A stretch of DNA of 64,000 nucleotides from a virus, in the IMG/VR virus record IMGVR_UViG_3300008216_002531, positions 1 through 64,000 of that record; one strand, written 5' to 3'. Shown in pieces: positions 56,641-64,000 of this stretch (position 1 is the stretch's first letter; every line of letters starts with the position of its first letter). A program made the translations under genes and the position numbers. The notes under the pieces are model-generated. The model was not told where the DNA came from, made no database searches, and saw only the letters and a program-made list of their open reading frames with translations.

Positions 56641-57662
56641 ACTTTATCCGCCATAGTCCAGTTAACAAAGGTTTCTTTTGGTGCTTCAATAGCGCACATT
56701 CCACAAACGCTATTCCTTACATCGTAGCTCAGATAAACCGATTGCACCGGCAAGTCATAATCCAAAGAATAAACATGGACAGAAGCCGGTGACGTTCCTA
56801 CAATCACATGATCCTTAGTTAGTACCATGCCTCTGGTATACCCGACTCTAGCATGATCGTCATAAGAGAAGTTTGTGATCGGCTTCGGATATGCTGGAGT
56901 CCTCCAGTGTTTTACTAATTCGTTATCTACCTGATAGGAGGTGTCACTTTCAACAGACCTATTAAACACAACACCATCTTTCCAAGGTTGCGCATTATGG
57001 GTCATGGGAAAATGCAACTTTTGAGCTAGATGTTGAAGGCTTTTTATATTTAAAGCGTATAAATGATCCACTTTAGATCCAGAATAGTACAGCCAGTCAT
57101 CATGTATGGATAAGCTATCTAAGTGCATCGTGTCATCTTTAGGGAGCATCTCCCACTTGGGTATAGTAGGATCGTTTTCGTCTGCAATTACATCTCCACT
57201 CTCGTCAAACACAGGAACCATTGGTGACTCTGTGTCGAAAACTCCCACCGGCTTATTCAGAGTAGTTTTGAGACCAAACAGCCACTCTCTGGTCTTCAGG
57301 TCAAAAATCATAATTACGTCATATTCATTTGATATACTAAAGAGCATATCTTTGTATATGCATATTTCATGTGTTCCCGCAAGCAAGTTGTGTCTATATT
57401 GTCTGACAAGCTCGTAATCTTTATTGAAGACAAATATAGCCCTTGCTCCAGCGGCGTAAAGCTCACCCCCATAAAAGGCCAGTCCTCTCAGCCCCCTGTC
57501 TCCCCCGCCGCTATCCCAATTGATGTGGTCGTACTTCCAATCAAGGACTTGTTCGTATGATCCTTGTTCTAGGTCTACGACATACAAACCCCCGTGGCTA
57601 TCCCCCCTGTTGGTAGACCTTATCACTGAAGATACTAAAATTTTGGGTAATTCACTCATCAC
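56637..57662 (-). CDS. Putative beta-propeller protein (TIGR03032/DUF4915-like?)
   Basis: Repeated GLRGLA / YTRGM..VIVGTS blade-like units. Confidence 0.4.
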   Translation of the reverse strand: MMSELPKILVSSVIRSTNRGDSHGGLYVVDLEQGSYEQVLDWKYDHINWDSGGGDRGLRGLAFYGGELYAAGARAIFVFNKDYELVRQYRHNLLAGTHEICIYKDMLFSISNEYDVIMIFDLKTREWLFGLKTTLNKPVGVFDTESPMVPVFDESGDVIADENDPTIPKWEMLPKDDTMHLDSLSIHDDWLYYSGSKVDHLYALNIKSLQHLAQKLHFPMTHNAQPWKDGVVFNRSVESDTSYQVDNELVKHWRTPAYPKPITNFSYDDHARVGYTRGMVLTKDHVIVGTSPASVHVYSLDYDLPVQSVYLSYDVRNSVCGMCAIEAPKETFVNWTMADKV

Positions 57663-58188
57663 TAAAGACTATCCCTCTGGTTCTTAGAGCTTTTATATTG
57701 TTGTTATCGCAGTGTTCCAATAGAGGGTCTACATAGTCTGAATACAATTTAGAAGGAGACACTCCGTTATTTATCAGCGATGTGTGCAAATCGTCGTGAT
57801 CTATCATAATGATTTTTTCTGTCTTTATACCAGACATTATTTCGTCAATGTTTTCTACTCCAGCAATACTTTCAATTTTGGGAACAAGAATTGGCCGGGC
57901 GCCAAACATCTGGTAGTTATCTAGCTGGGAAGATTTTTCCACGTTCGAAATAGCAAGATATCTTACATTTACCCTTTCGGTAAAGAGGGGATATAGCTTT
58001 TCTAAGCTGTACTTGTTGCTTGGGGGTTTTGTTCTTCCAGACGGGATATCAATAAAAAAGTCGTTGGGGTAACTGTCAAGATTTTCTATTAGATCATCAA
58101 GGGAAAATGTCCATGCTAGATTTACCCGTATCACGTAGTGATCAGGTATCTTCATGTAGTTTCTAAGATTATTAGATATTAGTATCAT
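57652..58188 (-). CDS. Pyruvate-kinase/HpcH-like barrel protein (minimal)
   Basis: IRVN, IDIP, AISNVE, PKIES..GVENIDEI, IMIDHDDL. Confidence 0.6.
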   Translation of the reverse strand: MILISNNLRNYMKIPDHYVIRVNLAWTFSLDDLIENLDSYPNDFFIDIPSGRTKPPSNKYSLEKLYPLFTERVNVRYLAISNVEKSSQLDNYQMFGARPILVPKIESIAGVENIDEIMSGIKTEKIIMIDHDDLHTSLINNGVSPSKLYSDYVDPLLEHCDNNNIKALRTRGIVFSDE

Positions 58189-58910
58189 GCCTTAACCATA
58201 ACAACTACAGAATCATAAAAATGCATTGACTCTAAGCTAGCGTTAATTCCATCGATAGGTTCAATTACTTTAGCATGAATATAAGGATTGTCGGAATTCT
58301 TAAGTTCCATGTATTCCGCATAGTCAGCGTCCCACATTGTATCCCTGCCCGTGTGTATTGCGTGTAGGTTATCAATAAACGACTTTAATAGATCCACGGT
58401 GGTGATCTGGATCTGACCGGGCGATTGAACCTTCATGTTGGGACCATGGATGCTTCCACCAAAGTGTGCCCAATAAGAAGTATGAGTGTCTTCAATAATG
58501 TACTGGCCCTCTGGGTTGACAGAGTTCCACAGCAAGAGAACTGAGTTGATTTGTTGATACATCTGGTGGCCACCGCTATCGATAATAATATCGAATCCAC
58601 CTCCGGTTTCTTCTAGAAAAGAGGCGATAAAATCTGGATCACCTTGATCCCCAATGTGAACCTCAACCCTCTCTTCTTCGAACTCCTTGCACTCTGGTCT
58701 AATATCCATGGCAAAGATCTCAGCATTGGGAAAGTACTCTTTCCACATCTTGACACAGCCGCCCTTGCCGATCCCGATCAACAAGAATCTGATCTTCTCT
58801 TGTCTAACTTCCGCAAAGAATTTATCGTAAACCTCCGTATAATGCAGTACGGGGGCTTCAAGCATCGTGTGATCGGGGGTGTCCAGAGCTATCTCCTTCA
58901 GGCTCTTCAT
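58185..58910 (-). CDS. Sugar O-methyltransferase (MycE-like)
   Basis: HYTEVY, IGI..GG...MWKEYFP, GDQ.D, FDIIIDSGGH, YIIEDTHTSYW. Confidence 0.8.
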   Translation of the reverse strand: MKSLKEIALDTPDHTMLEAPVLHYTEVYDKFFAEVRQEKIRFLLIGIGKGGCVKMWKEYFPNAEIFAMDIRPECKEFEEERVEVHIGDQGDPDFIASFLEETGGGFDIIIDSGGHQMYQQINSVLLLWNSVNPEGQYIIEDTHTSYWAHFGGSIHGPNMKVQSPGQIQITTVDLLKSFIDNLHAIHTGRDTMWDADYAEYMELKNSDNPYIHAKVIEPIDGINASLESMHFYDSVVVMVKA

Positions 58911-59022
58911 CTGTTTCTTCCTTTGGCTTTGGAATAATAATTTTAGGATCGTGTTTGTGGTATTCTATATGTGGTAGTGGATGGATTTTATCCATATACT
59001 TTTTTACGTCTTCTGGATTCAT
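58858..59022 (-). CDS. 54 aa micro-protein (not in the ORF track)
   Basis: MNPEDVKKYMDKIHPLPHIEYHKHDPKIIIPKPKEETDEEPEGDSSGHPRSHDA; ATGA-coupled to the upstream gene. Confidence 0.5.
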   Translation of the reverse strand: MNPEDVKKYMDKIHPLPHIEYHKHDPKIIIPKPKEETDEEPEGDSSGHPRSHDA

Positions 59023-59972
59023 TGTACTGAGCTTTTAATAGATCGATAAATTTCGTTCTCTAACTCCAGCCTGTCTTCATGCCCAGTTGAAACATATCCG
59101 TATAAGGTGTGTAGGGCTAAGCCTTTTCTAATAAACCCAAAACGAAGATCGTTTTCTTGCGCATAAATATTCATGGGGACTTCATCGTATGGCTCAAACG
59201 GACGAACATCTTCAATGTGTCTATACATATCAGTTCTCATCATACAAGTGTCATTGCACAAATATGGCCTCCAAGTCTTATCTATACTATAGTCATTCTT
59301 TTCAAGAAAGGATGGCACATTATTTGTTACAACGTCGGCCAACATTTTCTGCGCCTCAAAATCAACTCTAACCGGATGTACGCCTTTTAGCTCAGACTCT
59401 ATTTCGCCTACTGTTTTCCAGTATGCGTCTGGATTCCAAACGTCTGCTTCTAGAGTGTGTTTATTTAAAACGTCATAGCCTTTTTTACCCCACCTTTCTC
59501 CAGCCGTCTTTTCCATATCCTGAGATAGAAACATTTTATGAAGAGTGCTCTTGTCCTCTTCGGAGCAAAAATCATCTATAAACATATCGCAGGTGGGAAC
59601 ACCAATATTTACTACTGGGGTAAGTAACAATACGTTGGGGTCTTCATATAGCAATTCTCTGTTTTCAATCATATAATCCCACACATGATTGCTCATGATA
59701 ATGTCTTCATCAAACTTGACCGTGTACTTACAATTTTCTTCAAGCATTCCCCACATTTTGGCCTTGTAGTTATTTGTAGGTTTCCTGCCACTAAAATACA
59801 TTAGCTTGTATGGAACATCTGTTTCTAGATAGCTAAGATCTAGATTGTCTGTCATCATAAAGTTTATACTGAGAAGTTTTCTGTTCTCTGGCTTAATCTT
59901 ATTGATGAAGTGTATGAACAGATCTATGTAATCACGCCTGTGTTGTAAAAAGGTTATGCTAATCTCAGACAT
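59019..59972 (-). CDS. Putative GT-A glycosyltransferase
   Basis: YTVKFDEDI (DxD), LLLTP, YDE..MN..H pattern. Confidence 0.55.
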   Translation of the reverse strand: MSEISITFLQHRRDYIDLFIHFINKIKPENRKLLSINFMMTDNLDLSYLETDVPYKLMYFSGRKPTNNYKAKMWGMLEENCKYTVKFDEDIIMSNHVWDYMIENRELLYEDPNVLLLTPVVNIGVPTCDMFIDDFCSEEDKSTLHKMFLSQDMEKTAGERWGKKGYDVLNKHTLEADVWNPDAYWKTVGEIESELKGVHPVRVDFEAQKMLADVVTNNVPSFLEKNDYSIDKTWRPYLCNDTCMMRTDMYRHIEDVRPFEPYDEVPMNIYAQENDLRFGFIRKGLALHTLYGYVSTGHEDRLELENEIYRSIKSSVQ

Positions 59973-60405
59973 GTGATCCCCACTTTTGAATATAGTCGGA
60001 GCATATACCGTAGCAATTTTGTAGGGAGTCTGGAGAAGCTAGCTCAGGCTTCATACAAATGGTTCTAGAGGTTATGTCATAGCCGGGATAACTAACTATG
60101 TATCCGTTGCTGGTTACACTGTAGTGATCTTCTTGATGCCAAAAACAGTGTATGTTTGTGTGGATAAGCATCTTGTCTAGGGCGGCTAAATTTTTTGCGT
60201 GACAGAGAAGCTTGTTGTTCATAAGAAAGTCAATATCGACTTCGAACTGTGGGTCGTCGTGACCTAGTATCCAAGCTCCATTCAGGTTCCAAACATCAAT
60301 CTCAACATGGTATCCCAATTTAAGGGCGTTCTTGATGTAGGATGGTCTATTTTCTTTTCCGGGGTCTGCGCCAATCAGATTTCCGCGATGTGATATAAGC
60401 TTCAT
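59965..60405 (-). CDS. GDPD/PI-PLC-like phosphodiesterase (short)
   Basis: ISHRGN, EN, VEIDVW, LGHD, HAKN, GICSDY. Confidence 0.8.
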   Translation of the reverse strand: MKLISHRGNLIGADPGKENRPSYIKNALKLGYHVEIDVWNLNGAWILGHDDPQFEVDIDFLMNNKLLCHAKNLAALDKMLIHTNIHCFWHQEDHYSVTSNGYIVSYPGYDITSRTICMKPELASPDSLQNCYGICSDYIQKWGSHV

Positions 60406-60406
60406 T

Positions 60407-61786
60407 CTACTTCTTTAGAAAAATTTCCAGATCTTCCGGGGTTCCCAAACCCCACATATTTTCTATTGGGAATATTCTAACCTTTTTATCGTCCTTTATA
60501 GCCTCATTGAAAACAGGGCAAACGTAGAATTCGTTATTCACACGCCTGTCTGCTGCTATCATCTGCTCTGCATATTTAACGTAGTCGCTACCCTTGGCCC
60601 AGTAGTATATTCCAACCGTTGCGTTATTGCTGATAGGCTTCTTCTCTGCCACCTCTGTTACGAATCCGCTGTCGTCAACTTTGGCAAAGCTCCATTTGGG
60701 ATGCACGGAGTCGAACGTAAGTATTCCGCCGTCCACGCCGTCTGCTTGCATAGCATACAAAAACTCATTACTGTCCCAGTCTACGAATTGGTCTGAATTG
60801 GCTGTCAAGAGAGGCTCATCATTGTCAATAAACTCTTTGGCGAGCAACGTAGTGCACGCTGCCCCCTCTGTTATACCATCCACCTGTACAATTTGGCAAC
60901 TTGGAGAAATTAGGTGTAACAAATATTGCAAATTATATTTTTCGTAGTGTTCTTTTTGCACAATAAATATGTGCTCGGCGTCTACGTTGATGTTTTCTAC
61001 CACAAGCTGGATCATTGGTTTTCCGCCCACCTCTATGAGTGGTTTTGGAAAGGTGTATCCTGCCTGTTCAAATCTCGAACCAGCCCCCGCCATTGGGATT
61101 AGAACCTTCATATTGCCCCCCTGCCATTTAGGTTTTAGGAATCTAGATTTATTTGTTTTGTTAGCCTTCGCTATGCTGTTGTTAATATTTTCCTGCGTTA
61201 CATCTTCTAAACCCTTCACACCCATAACATGGGCACCAGATTCGCTAGCCGCTTTTCTGCCGACATGAGAATCTTCTATAATCAGGCATTCTTTTGGGTT
61301 GACTCCCGCTTTTACCATACAGAGCAAGTAAATCTCTGAGTGGGGCTTAGGAGACTGCACATCTTCGTTTGAGAAGTATTCATCGATATGCTCCATGTAT
61401 CCGGCGCATAGAAGCATAAGCTTTACACTATGTCTGATAGAATTAGAGGCGCAGTATATCTGATAGCCTTTTCTTTTTAATACCTCTAATACTTTAGTAA
61501 TACGCTTGTGGTCGCTTATTTCAACTTTTTCCTTTATAACATCGGCGGTACATTCTTGTTTTCTTTGCCATATTTCTTTATAAGTTTCTTTTGGCAAACC
61601 TTTCTCTTTAGTCAATATCTCTAGTTTTTTTCTTGTGGGTAGACCATCATAGGTGGAGAGGTGTTCTTCTCTACTAATGATATATTGGTCATCGATGGAA
61701 GCTAGCGCTCTATTGAAAGCGTGATAGTGTATATCTCTAGCTTCTACTAGAACACCATCCAAATCGAAAATAACCAGTTTAATCAT
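60407..61786 (-). CDS. HAD phosphatase fused to sugar nucleotidyltransferase
   Basis: FDLDGVL, SNS, KP, IEDS; then IPMAGAGSRF..PKPLI, EKK, EFY, GLGTPEDL. Confidence 0.88.
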   Translation of the reverse strand: MIKLVIFDLDGVLVEARDIHYHAFNRALASIDDQYIISREEHLSTYDGLPTRKKLEILTKEKGLPKETYKEIWQRKQECTADVIKEKVEISDHKRITKVLEVLKRKGYQIYCASNSIRHSVKLMLLCAGYMEHIDEYFSNEDVQSPKPHSEIYLLCMVKAGVNPKECLIIEDSHVGRKAASESGAHVMGVKGLEDVTQENINNSIAKANKTNKSRFLKPKWQGGNMKVLIPMAGAGSRFEQAGYTFPKPLIEVGGKPMIQLVVENINVDAEHIFIVQKEHYEKYNLQYLLHLISPSCQIVQVDGITEGAACTTLLAKEFIDNDEPLLTANSDQFVDWDSNEFLYAMQADGVDGGILTFDSVHPKWSFAKVDDSGFVTEVAEKKPISNNATVGIYYWAKGSDYVKYAEQMIAADRRVNNEFYVCPVFNEAIKDDKKVRIFPIENMWGLGTPEDLEIFLKK

Positions 61787-62526
61787 GTAGATAGATCTCT
61801 TCTAATATAAGTATTGCTCATCAAATAATGAGCAATCGCAGGAAGAATCGGATCTTTATAATGTGTTAGTTCTACGGCGGAATGAGTATTCATTACGTAC
61901 TTGTACTTTTCTCTTATTCTGTCAGACCACTCGACATCCTCTGCCTGACCCCACACCACGTCCTCGTTTAGAGGTTCTTCTTGCATTACATGTTTCTTAG
62001 CAACCCAATATCCGCCAGAAATATACATGTATTTAGTATCTTTATAATCATACGGCGGAAAAAATGATCGCCCTTCTCTTATTTTTCCTCCCGGTGGACA
62101 CCACGGCTCCTTTTGAACCCATCCGGGCTTAACTCTTGGATCGTCTAGCACCACCCAGTCTCTGTATCTAGCCCCATTGTAATTTTTGACGACGTTCATA
62201 GCGATGTCCCAGTCGTCACCAAATTTTAGCCACCCTTTGTAGAATCCTCGCACCGGCCTGATATAGTCATGTGTGTATACAATAATATCATGCTTGGCTT
62301 CTTCTGTGATTATATTTTTTTTGCGAGTGATCCAACCCTTCTTAACAGTTTCATCAAATTTTATTACGCGGGTATTTTTTCTCTCCCATGCAAAATCGCC
62401 AACAATAATAATCTCATATTCGGGTATATTTTCTTCTTCGATAGCGTCAATGATTTGGTTTACTTTCGGGACATTGTCTGTTCCATCGTGACCGCTGTAT
62501 GTAACAATCCCGAATGTTAGTTTCAT
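61783..62526 (-). CDS. GT2/GT-A glycosyltransferase
   Basis: YEIIIV, WITRKKN, YTHDY, GQAEDVEWS. Confidence 0.75.
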   Translation of the reverse strand: MKLTFGIVTYSGHDGTDNVPKVNQIIDAIEEENIPEYEIIIVGDFAWERKNTRVIKFDETVKKGWITRKKNIITEEAKHDIIVYTHDYIRPVRGFYKGWLKFGDDWDIAMNVVKNYNGARYRDWVVLDDPRVKPGWVQKEPWCPPGGKIREGRSFFPPYDYKDTKYMYISGGYWVAKKHVMQEEPLNEDVVWGQAEDVEWSDRIREKYKYVMNTHSAVELTHYKDPILPAIAHYLMSNTYIRRDLST

Positions 62527-63584
62527 ACTTCAATCCCCATCATCTTTTTTACCTGTTCGTATACCGCCAGACATCTCTCTGATTCATCTTCTAGGCCAAA
62601 CTCGCGAAGCATCTTGGACACCCTGTGAAAATATGTGTGATCATTCATAACGGTTTTATATCCTCTTCTGATATAAGGAAGTCTTTCATCGGGATATCTC
62701 ACAAAATGGTCAACAAGCTCGTGAAATTCTTCGGCGGTGTCTGCAAAAACAATTTCGTCGTTGGTGAAAATATCATCCTTCATTGATTGAACATGGTCAG
62801 AAATACAAAAAGACCTATTAGACAAAATCTTGAAAGTTCTTTCGTTTATATCAAAGCCGAAGTCTGTGGCATGTGGCTCACTGACGTTTGGACAGATTTT
62901 AGAAGAAGACAAAAGATGTTTGACCTGATCATCATTAATCCAACCCATATAGTGGGCACCGGGCCATCCTTGGTTTCCAAAAAACTTTACATTGTACTTG
63001 CCGACCGGGTGGGTTAAAGGCATCAGATACCTGTCTATGTTCTGCGCTTTGTAGGGCCAATACCCACCAACAAACGACACGTCGCATTCATATTCTGGCT
63101 TGAATACGCCTCTGGTATACATAAATATATCAGCGCCATTCATTATGGATACTGTCCTACAGCCAGCTTCCTCCCACCCATTGTGTGTTTTTCCCACCCA
63201 GTTGTCGTGATAATAGATGTGTAAGAAGTCGGGCTTTCCCGTTTCCGTTTTCAGTTTTTCTACAAGCTTTTTCTCTTCTTCATTAGCAAACAAAACGCCA
63301 TATTGGTCAGGATTTATTTCGTTTTGCATATCACCCCAGTCAGAGCCTTTCATCATGACTTTTAGGTGCGGCCTTTCTTTTATGCATTTATATAAGGCGT
63401 CATCTAAATTGTATGTCTGCCCAAAGAACATGTCTGGTTCGAATTCGTCAAAAGCATCAAAAGCATTTTTTTTATGTATGTCCCATAAAGTTGCCTCATA
63501 CCCCATGGAGTCAAAAACCTTGCCCCACCCCATTCTAATATGGTAGTGTGCGTGAGGGCCATCGCTTGAAATCATTACTTTCAT
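62523..63584 (-). CDS. GT-B glycosyltransferase (CgeB/Glyco_trans_1_2-like)
   Basis: DVSFVG, KICPN, NERTF, HTYFHRV. Confidence 0.82.
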   Translation of the reverse strand: MKVMISSDGPHAHYHIRMGWGKVFDSMGYEATLWDIHKKNAFDAFDEFEPDMFFGQTYNLDDALYKCIKERPHLKVMMKGSDWGDMQNEINPDQYGVLFANEEEKKLVEKLKTETGKPDFLHIYYHDNWVGKTHNGWEEAGCRTVSIMNGADIFMYTRGVFKPEYECDVSFVGGYWPYKAQNIDRYLMPLTHPVGKYNVKFFGNQGWPGAHYMGWINDDQVKHLLSSSKICPNVSEPHATDFGFDINERTFKILSNRSFCISDHVQSMKDDIFTNDEIVFADTAEEFHELVDHFVRYPDERLPYIRRGYKTVMNDHTYFHRVSKMLREFGLEDESERCLAVYEQVKKMMGIEV

Positions 63585-63585
63585 T

Positions 63586-63999
63586 TTATTTATCCCAGCG
63601 CGGAATATCTTTTATAGAATCCACTTCTGTTATTTGCATTCCCTTTGGTTCATCCGCCAGTATGCGTCCACCATTTTCAATTACCATGTTTAATATTTCG
63701 AATGTATACCTTTTATTATTTTCCCTATCGTTGCAAAATGTCGTAAAAAGATCCAGTTCTTTACCCGTTAGGTAGACTATTTGCGCCCATTTGGCAGGCA
63801 GCCCGTATGAAAAATGCACGACGCTGTCTTCGACAATCGTGACTCCTATCTCGTTTTTTTGAAATCTGCTTTGTGTGTCTATTAAAGCGCAAGACCCACA
63901 TTGTGTAAGATTTTGCAAAGTAAAAACATTGAATATCAAATCCCCATTGATAATTATAATATCGTTATTCACGGCATTATTTAATGATAGCCTTATGCT
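63586..63999 (-). CDS. Sugar/choline nucleotidyltransferase (LicC-like), 5'-truncated by the window edge
   Basis: Frame stays open to the window end (SIRLSLNNAVNNDIIIINGDLIF); C-terminal EVDS..DI. Confidence 0.65.
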   Translation of the reverse strand, partial: SIRLSLNNAVNNDIIIINGDLIFNVFTLQNLTQCGSCALIDTQSRFQKNEIGVTIVEDSVVHFSYGLPAKWAQIVYLTGKELDLFTTFCNDRENNKRYTFEILNMVIENGGRILADEPKGMQITEVDSIKDIPRWDK

Positions 64000-64000
64000 T

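Noticed and set aside
1-64000. tRNA, CRISPR array, DGR/retron, integrase, intron/intein, stop-codon recoding
   Set aside because: None was recognised by eye. ORFs tile densely in the standard code with TAA, TAG and TGA all used as stops, and the terminase appears uninterrupted. A tRNA/Rfam scan was not run.

Overview
The window is a 64 kb segment of a large dsDNA tailed phage, probably siphovirus-like: there is a tail tube and a very long tape measure but no recognisable sheath. The host cannot be determined from the sequence. The + strand (about 0.3-48.8 kb) is the late/morphogenesis arm. It runs from a phage sigma-70-like factor, a MotA/TolQ/ExbB-type three-gene membrane module, gmd and HNH/ERCC4 nucleases through terminase, portal, prohead protease/scaffold, major capsid, head-tail and tail genes, a ~2570 aa tape measure, tail-tip proteins and a 2684 aa Cys-rich protein. 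Intergenic gaps on this arm share a TGGTGTATAAT promoter motif. The - strand (48.9-64 kb) converges on a bidirectional terminator and encodes a putative annealing protein, a homing-type endonuclease and a ~13 kb nucleotide-sugar/methyltransferase/glycosyltransferase cluster. The main leads are: (1) strong one-directional Ser-Gly enrichment in several virion proteins, possibly a glycosylation sequon for the sugar cluster; (2) a tape measure split by three DTVPAxLTPGEFV repeats, two of which bracket a PD-(D/E)XK-like segment; (3) a giant Cys-rich protein with a vWA domain and an apparently split, catalytically dead metzincin; (4) a phage sigma factor paired with a late promoter; (5) unannotated, translationally coupled micro-ORFs. 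No tRNA, rRNA, CRISPR, integrase or reverse transcriptase was seen. All family calls come from motif recognition by eye, not from database searches.
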